A stretch of 64,000 nt of DNA from Hormiphora californensis (lineage: Eukaryota > Animalia > Ctenophora). A program made the translations under genes and the position numbers. Where the stretch lies: assembly GCA_020137815.1 (NCBI GenBank), contig CM035350.1, forward strand, positions 9,052,001-9,116,000. Reading direction: 5' to 3'. This document shows, piece after piece, positions 56,214-64,000 of this stretch. The notes beneath the pieces are model-generated. The model was given only the letters and a program-made list of their open reading frames with translations. It made no database searches and was not told where the DNA came from. The stretch's first letter is position 1; each line of letters opens with the position of its first letter.

Positions 56214-59200
56214 ATGTTTAGCGTAGTATTAGTTTTTGTGTTTTGTGTTTTTCTTAGGGGTAAGTTTAACGAAAATATGTTATCCTAAGTGTCACAGTAT
56301 ACCTCCTAAAAGTGAAAACGTCACACACAAGTCTTTAGAAAGTTATCCAGGTCTGTAACGTCTCTATTTAGGTGGTGCAGCATCATGTGAAGCAGGGTGG
56401 AGAAAGGATCCAGATTCTAATACATGTCTCAAGTTCTTTCCAGCCAAGCAAACCTGGAGCAACGCCAGAAATAGGTTGGAAATGATAGACACATGTAGTA
56501 GACTTCCAATTGTTGGATCCCGATTTACGGCCGGGATATTCGGGGTTAAGGATTTTAGTTTTTACCCGGTATATCGGGATCAAATAATTTTCTAACTACT
56601 ACTCCCTTGATACAGTTGTCTCCGGCAAAACAGTATTCTGGTGGCAGTCCACAGTCAGAACTCCAATGACTTCATCACCAAGAATATCACGGGAGGTATC
56701 CGAAGCTGGATCGGCCTTCACGTCCAGAAGTAAGTTGTTATTTCAAGACAATCAAGAAGGAACTAAATAAACTTTTGAAGCCCTTTGGCTCTTTTATACC
56801 CCAGCAGACAAATTAACTTTCGCAAAGTTGGGGAGGGGCTTGCCAAAGAACTAGACCAATTAATATGCAGTTTTTAACAGGAATGTTCTCGACGAACAAC
56901 TGTCCCAAAACTTTTTTGATGGTGAAGATTGGAAGACTAATTCTTGGGTGTGGAGTCTGAAAACTCGGTCCCCACTATAATATTCCACTGCACATAAACA
57001 ACCATCTCCTAACTAACTCATCTCTCCCTTCTCTAGTTCCACTCGGGATGACTGGAGGTGGTCCAGTGTGGCATCCCCTGTGGAGTACCTGAACTGGGCT
57101 GATGGAGAACCCAACAACCACCTCTCCCTGATTTACGGCTCAGAGGAGTGCGTCGAAATAGAGGACAGTTCGGGGGAGTGGAACGATGAAAACTGCGACT
57201 CACTTCGGCCTTACGTCTGTCAGAAAAGTAAGAGCAGTTGTTGTAGCTTTAAGGTATTACGGCTTTGAAAAATATTTGTAAGTTGTAACTCGTACCAGGT
57301 TAAGAAGACAGGCTTATTGTAGGGTTATTGTCAGGGAGACACACGTTATAGAAGACACTCTGCTTTCATTAACCTAGTTGTATATTGATATGAAATAACA
57401 AGGCACAAGGGATGATGAGCTGGTGAGAGGGGGTAACAGAAGTATCCTTTTATGGGGCTCGATTACACAAAGCTGCGTGCACTACATTGTTCTCTCAACA
57501 GCTAACTAACCTCCCCCCTAATTTTAGGTTTGGGTTGTCCTAGCAACCTGGTGGAGGGATACAGTGATAATACAACCCTGGCAAGCTCAGGAGACCAGCT
57601 GTCAACCAAGGCCCACTGCATGACAGGATACAGAGCTGATAAAAGGACAGTCAACGCGACCTGTCAGGCTGACTCAAAATGGGCTATCGACAAGTTTCAT
57701 TGTTCAGGTAAATGAAATATCATTTTTGTCCTTGGTCACGTATCAAGTTCGAACTAAGTATTGAGGTTAAAGGAGAGATTGTTATAATTGGCATGAAATG
57801 AAACATCAATGGCGAGTAGGAAAACACGTGAAGGAGAGAGAGGAAGATCAGTGAGAAAGAGAACATACACAGAAAGAATAGAGACAGAGAGAATACAGAG
57901 CGAACACAGAAAGGGGGGTGATGCTACGGGCTTGAAGAAGAAGTGTATCAAATCATATTAGATTGGGAAAGCAGTGAGGGTGTGATCTGCATACGTTTAG
58001 ACTGTGATGCATAATATGAGAGAAGAAAAATAGAGAACGTACATCTTAGAGACAAAGACGAACATCTTTTTTACGGAGAGTAATTTGAAATTTCGTGATG
58101 AGTATGATTAGTAAAACACTATGACTGGATTCATAGTATCCAAGAATAGATTTGAATTAATTTAGAAAATTCTTGAGCATCTTTCTGTGGGTAGAGAACT
58201 TTGTAATCATGATGGGTTAACACACGATATATACCCTAGTGATGAAATAAAACAGAAAAGTGCTTGGTGGGTCGTAAGAAGATATTAATGACTTACTTCT
58301 TGTCTCGATCGGCTTGATACACCAATGTATCTCTCTCTCTCTTTCTCATCCTCTCTCTTTCTCACCCTCTTTCTCATCCTCTCTCTTTCTTCCTTTGACT
58401 ACGTTCTAGAAAGCATTTATTATCGTTGTCGGACAGCCATAAAAACTCCGATAATTTTCAAAGAGCAGCTGTATGCACTAGAACATATACCTATATTTAG
58501 TCGAGAGATAGAGAATATTTATAGATGAAAAAAGAAGGGCACTGCTATAGCGTGTGGACCACATGTAGGTAGGAGACCTAATTTATCTCTGCTGATGAAT
58601 AAACGCAGCATAGCCTAGAAGAGATTAGAGAAGATAGAAAATGGGAGATACATAGCTGATATAGGACCCTCTCTCTCTCTAAGCATATATTATATGCCAA
58701 CAAATTCTGCAGAACCATGGGGGTGCAGTACAAGTACTTCTATCATCTTACATGAATGCCCATGGTCTCTTCAATGCAGTAGTACCTCTATAGCGTCATC
58801 AATGAGGGGGGGGCCGGGGGGGGGGGTAATGAACAATGATACCAACTAAATAGCTAGCCTCATGACAACACTACAGTATACTGGTACTGACCTACTGATA
58901 ACTTCATCACATGGAGCCTAGAATCTAGGAGATTAATCAACTAGATCTATAGTTGATTAATCTCCTTGCAATATGTCACGACTATCTCTCACTAGTAGTT
59001 GATAGTGACAACACATGAACTATCTCCCACTATTACAGAGATACACTGCAGCGACCCGAGGACTACTTCTCTACACAACGGCCGTCTCTATATTGATCCT
59101 GGACAAGGGGTTAGTACTAATATAATATGATTACAGTCGAACCCTTATTTACCACCCCCCCCTCCTATTTTAGTAGAACCCCGATGTCTAGGAAATTAGC

Positions 59201-61596
59201 GATACGGGGACAAAGCTAAAGATACCAGTAGATACTGTTTAATGTGTCTGACTTGGCATTTACCTGTTACCCGCAGTCCGCAATCCTCCCCCCGCCCCCT
59301 CGCCTGGATATATTATAACAATATAATTATGTCTGCCCCTCCCTTCTCCTATCTGTGTTACTCAAATCTTATCCATCCACCCTCATTTCACGAATCATAT
59401 CCTTACCCCTCTCTTCTCCTCTCACATGTGTACCCTATCTTACCCCACCACCCTCATTTCACGAATCCTATCTTACCCCTCATTTCACGAAACCTAACAT
59501 ACCCCTCTCCTAACCCCTCCCTCCCCTCCTCCAGCCGTACAGTGTGGGTGCAAGGATAAGTTACAACTGTGAGCTGGGTTTCACTCTACACGGTAACGAG
59601 GTCAGCATCTGCCGAGACATTGACGATTCAATTCCCTTCGCTGTCTGGGACCAGCCGCCTATCTGCCTCAAGAGTAAGTAAACTACTGTCATAGCTATCA
59701 GAAGTTTGGCACTATAATTAAAATTTAGTTGTAGAGAATTCATCCTTTAGCACTTGCCCTACCCTAGTGTTTCAGGGCTAAATAGCCGTGACTGAAAGCT
59801 AAGGTTCAGTTTCTCCCGTTGTTGTCGATTGATATCTAGTCAAAAGAGGCATATAAGCTGTTTTGTATGACTTGAAATATTCGCTCTTGTACGATCGGTT
59901 CGATCATAACCAACTCAAGCATCCGATCGGATCGGATGCTTGAGTTGGTAATGAGATTACCCCTCAACGCGAGCTACTGGAGCGTAATAGGGATGAATTC
60001 GTAACTAAATCTGTGAGGGTGTATTCTCAGGAAATAAAATAACAAAATATCGGCCACACACATATATATGTAATGAATGCAGCTGCAACGGCGCCGATAT
60101 AAAGCCTGATTGGCTCCAAGAGGAAGATAGAGTGAGGGGGAGATAGAGTGAGGGAAGAGAGAGGGAGAGAGAGGGAGAGAGAGAGAGGGAACTTGTCGCG
60201 ACGTCGGGAAATATGATGAAATGAAACTTGGTGTGAGATGCTTTAGTGGCATGCATGCAGTTTCGTGTCACTTAATGCCGCGAGGTATACTGAATGTGTT
60301 CCCTTGACAACAGTGAATGTCTCCATAGCAACGGTTAAACAGCTTCACCGATGGGAAGTATCAATCAATACAAGAATCACGTACTGAAACTCTCTCTACA
60401 TTTATTGCTTCTTTAGAATGCCTATATATCACTCCTTCACTAGATTCCCCCTGAATCTCAAGCTATCCCCCCCCCCCCTAAATGGCACCCCCTCCCCCCT
60501 AAATCCCCCCCCCTAAATCTCACCCCCCCCCCCCCCCACCCCTAAATCTCACCCCCATCCTCAGGCCCAACGTGTGACCCAGGCTGGATGAGCTACAACA
60601 ACTACTGCTACCACGTGGTAGAGGAGTACATGGAGTGGCATGATGCGGATATCCACTGTCAACATCTCGGACCCAACCCTAGCGCCTGGGTTAGTAGATA
60701 GGATGAAGCACTTATATTAGAAAGTGGAGCGGCAGGTAGTGATAAGTGAGCTACAGTTTGTCATGGAATGAAAGACGTGAGTAGCCACTGATCAACTCCC
60801 ACCAGGCAAGATTGGTAACGGTTACGCTCGCCTCCGAGAATAGGATGATTATGGATCAACTAATGCCCAACTCAACGGAACGAATTTGGATTGGGCTACA
60901 TGATGTGTGAGTATGAATCCCATTAACATGATTGTTTCAACACATTGTTGCCCCATTTTTTGTGCTCTCCCTCTCTTTCTCCCTCTCTCATTCCCTTTCT
61001 GTCTCTCTCTATCCCTCCCTTTCTCTCCCCCTCTCCTTTACAACCATTAGTTGTGTCTCAATTCATTCATGAACGCTAAAACTCGCGACTCTACTACAGT
61101 CTGCGTCACATTTTAACACCCTTAATGATCACCCTTTCGCTTTCTTCCAATCAATCAACTCCCCAAATTTTATCACCCCCATGTCGTTCACTATCTCTCC
61201 CCAAACAGTATGCCCCATCCTCTGTCAGGCCAATGCTCTGACAGCCCATCCTACCATCACTCTTCCAAATAGAATGTTCCATCCTTTCACTACCACCTCT
61301 CCCGAAATAATATGCCCCATTCTACCATCTCTCTCCAAGTAATATCCAATCTTACCCCCTAAATCCTAATCCTACCCCCTCTCCCCCGATTCAGCCCGGA
61401 GGAAGGAGTGTGGGAATGGACGGACAACTCTGCTGTCAGCTGGAAGAACTGGGCCCCAGACGAGCCCAACAATGGAGGCCTCATCTTTATCGGAAATGAG
61501 GACTGTGTCGAAATGGATCTTGCCACGGGGCTCTGGAACGATGAAGAATGCGACCGGAGGAGGAAGTTTGTGTGTGAAAAATTCGTCGCTAATTAG
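56214..61596 (+). CDS. Secreted C-type lectin: CTLD-sushi-sushi-CTLD, ~10 exons
   Basis: TATAAA at ~56146 and a signal exon; CEAGW..W..AR..C, WIGL, EPN and WND in both CTLDs; CCP exons at 57528 and 59535. Confidence 0.85.
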
Positions 61597-62123
61597 ATGG
61601 ATATCAGACAGTCGTTTTGTTTTTTTAGATCTCACTGGAGATTTTGAGGTGAACTGGTGCTTTAGTGCTGTGGTTCTGCTCAAATGAACTTTTTGTGGCT
61701 GACGACTGTGTGTGAGTGTGTGATAGAATTGCTCCGACCCTGATCACTTTTTTTCTGTCATTTTGTACGATAGATAAAAACTTGACAAAGATTTATAATG
61801 AGAACGTGTTCGTTTCAATTTGAACATGAGCACAAGAATCGTGCGGATCGCTGAGGAAGAAAGAGAAATATATCATGGCGTGGGCTCGAGTTACGACAAA
61901 ATGGATAGCATATATCAAAGCAGAACTCAAACCAAACGGTGAACAACACACTCACAACAACACTGTGGGGCCCCATTAGCAAGATGAAATTAAAACACGT
62001 GCTTCTCTTGGACACATGTGGGATATATCCGAGCACAGTGAGCTTCTGCAGTCTAACCTATTGAATTCATGAACCATAACACATATCTCTCTCTATCTCT
62101 ATCTCTCACTCACTCTCTCTCTC

Positions 62124-62181
<58 letters not shown>

Positions 62182-62283
62182 GGTCCCCTTTTTATCTGTA
62201 TTGTTCTTGTCTCACCCACACGATTCTCTGACAAACACTGTATAATTTTCTAGAGTTAAAATAGCCATCACCTATCATGTGAC

Positions 62284-64000
62284 TCATCGGTTACTTGTTC
62301 CATCATCATAAATGCCCAATCGTGCCCTCCATACATCCGCTGCCCGTTCCGCAGCGACCTTGGGGTCCTTTGTGGGCAGGGACGACTCGGCGGCAGTCGA
62401 CCAGAAGTTCATGGCCTTGTCCGTTCGTTTCACCTGCTGGCCGTGTCGCTCAAGGAGTGGTTTACTGACCTCCCTGAATAATCGGTCTCCACCAACACAG
62501 GCTGAAATGAGAGAGGGGGTTAGAAACACATTATAGTTGGACAATAAAATTTAAAGGTCATAGAACATTCTTTGTATTGTTTATTTGAGCCTCCTCCTCA
62601 TTTTTGTCTCATCGAATTGTAATGACCAATTCAACCACACTCACCTATCACGGAGTTCTTGATGACCTTCTCGAACTCATTAATGTCCATTCTGGCCATC
62701 TTCACCAGCTCCAGGATGATATTGATCTCCTCCTCCCTGAGATCCTCACACTGCTCATCGTCCACTGCGGAGTACAGATCCTGGATATGCCTGGACAGCT
62801 CCCGACCTGAGTTGTGCTCCTCGATCTGACAGGGGAGGGAGGTTTATAACTGAAATTGTAAGTTAGGATTTTTTTTCCCGTCAGACCTACTCCCTGGTTG
62901 ATTTGCTAACCTGTCGTTTGGAGTTAGACCACTTGTCCCAGATTGGTTGAGTGACTGTGAACACGGTTCCTTCCTTCGTCTTGTACTCCTCGATCATCTT
63001 ACTAATCTCTTCAGACATCTGTACCTCCCTTCTCTGCTTCTTCTCCCCCTGGACTTTCTGCACTTGCTCGAGATTTACCGACCTCTTTGCTTGGAACTTC
63101 TCAGCAACGTCCGCAACTAGTTTGTGATGGTCTTGGAGGGTTTTCTTGCAGGAAGCCTCCGAGACATATCCATCTACCCAGAGGAGATCTACTAGTCTGG
63201 TCTTGATCTTGCTCAGAATCTGGGCTACCTTCACCTTTGTTCCCTCCTTTCCAGCGTGAGAAACTTGGAGTTTAGCCAATATTTCACCCATCCTCTTATC
63301 AAAGTTCTTCAGGGTATCCGCTGTCTGCTGGTAAATGTTCCTGGCGGCGAGAAATATATTAGTTAGTGTGAAGGATACGACGAAATAATACAACTGTGGT
63401 TTGGACGATAGTTATCTTCCTGATATCTCTGATACTTACTTTCTGAGCTCGTTGATACAGTCATCCTTGGTAATGACCATTTGTTTCCCCTCCTCCTCCA
63501 GTAATCTAGCATGTTTCTCCTCTAGCTGATCCTTTGTTTTCTGCTGTTTCTTATTCAGGGCCTTTCCAGGAGTAGCGTTGATGGCAACCCTCCTCTCCTC
63601 CGCAAACTTCTCTTCGTATTTCTTTAGCTGTGCAATGTCCTGTAACCATAGCATCTCAACTCTGAAATAAGGATTCATCTTTTAGCGATCACGCTTTCGT
63701 CACGAAGTAACAACACTGCCGGGCGTGTTTAACAACTTATCAAAAATCTGAAATCATCTTGTCAAAAATAGGAACATGTGTTAAACTAACCGTTTGACTG
63801 CTCGGATTCTGCTCATGAAAAGCATGTTTATGACGGAGAGAGCCTGGTGTTGGTGGACGGACATCATATGTTCCCGGTCCTGTTCCGTCAGTCCACTCTG
63901 TGTCTGTAGCACCTCTGCCACGGCATCCTCCTGTTCACCCAGCAGCTCCTCCTGGTCAGCGCTCTGCTTGTGCATCTCACTGTCCAGCTTATCCTTCATA
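62284..64000 (-). CDS. 3' exons of a large coiled-coil protein (weak resemblance to EVC/EVC2, unconfirmed)
   Basis: Five consecutive E/K/Q/L-rich minus-strand exons with GT-AG boundaries; stop at 62284. Confidence 0.65.

Noticed and set aside
58924-59950. Short perfect hairpins (58924-58965, 59906-59950; also ~51920-51960) as miRNA or terminator candidates
   Set aside because: They are intronic palindromes without supporting features, most likely collapsed MITE remnants.
62284-64000. Gene symbol EVC/EVC2
   Set aside because: Only generic coiled-coil similarity is visible, which is not enough to name the gene.

Overview
Compact, intron-rich animal genomic DNA. The spliced-leader-like sequence and repeat families suggest a ctenophore (Pleurobrachia-like); that assignment is from recall and was not searched. 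Host genes are NCAPG2 (-), MKS1 (+), WDR54 (+), a TSP1/sushi gene, three rhodopsin-type GPCR genes, a C-type lectin/sushi gene, a frameshifted carbohydrate sulfotransferase and a coiled-coil gene. Four antisense genes are nested in introns, and there is an unannotated secreted 10-Cys peptide. The region 21.1-35.3 kb is a complex rearrangement centred on a long-TIR transposon: a ~4.95-kb-arm inverted duplication plus an inversion that splits a gene mid-exon. The region 38.4-48.8 kb is a pile of foldback DNA elements containing a full-length L2/CR1-group LINE. Main observation: the same 32-nt sequence (TCATCAACTACAACGTAAAACTATTTATTGAG), resembling a ctenophore trans-spliced leader, forms the 5' end of two unrelated retro-insertions. 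One is the full-length LINE; the other is a 138-bp TSD-flanked element carrying a minimal hammerhead ribozyme. This suggests retroelements that are matured by SL trans-splicing before reverse transcription.
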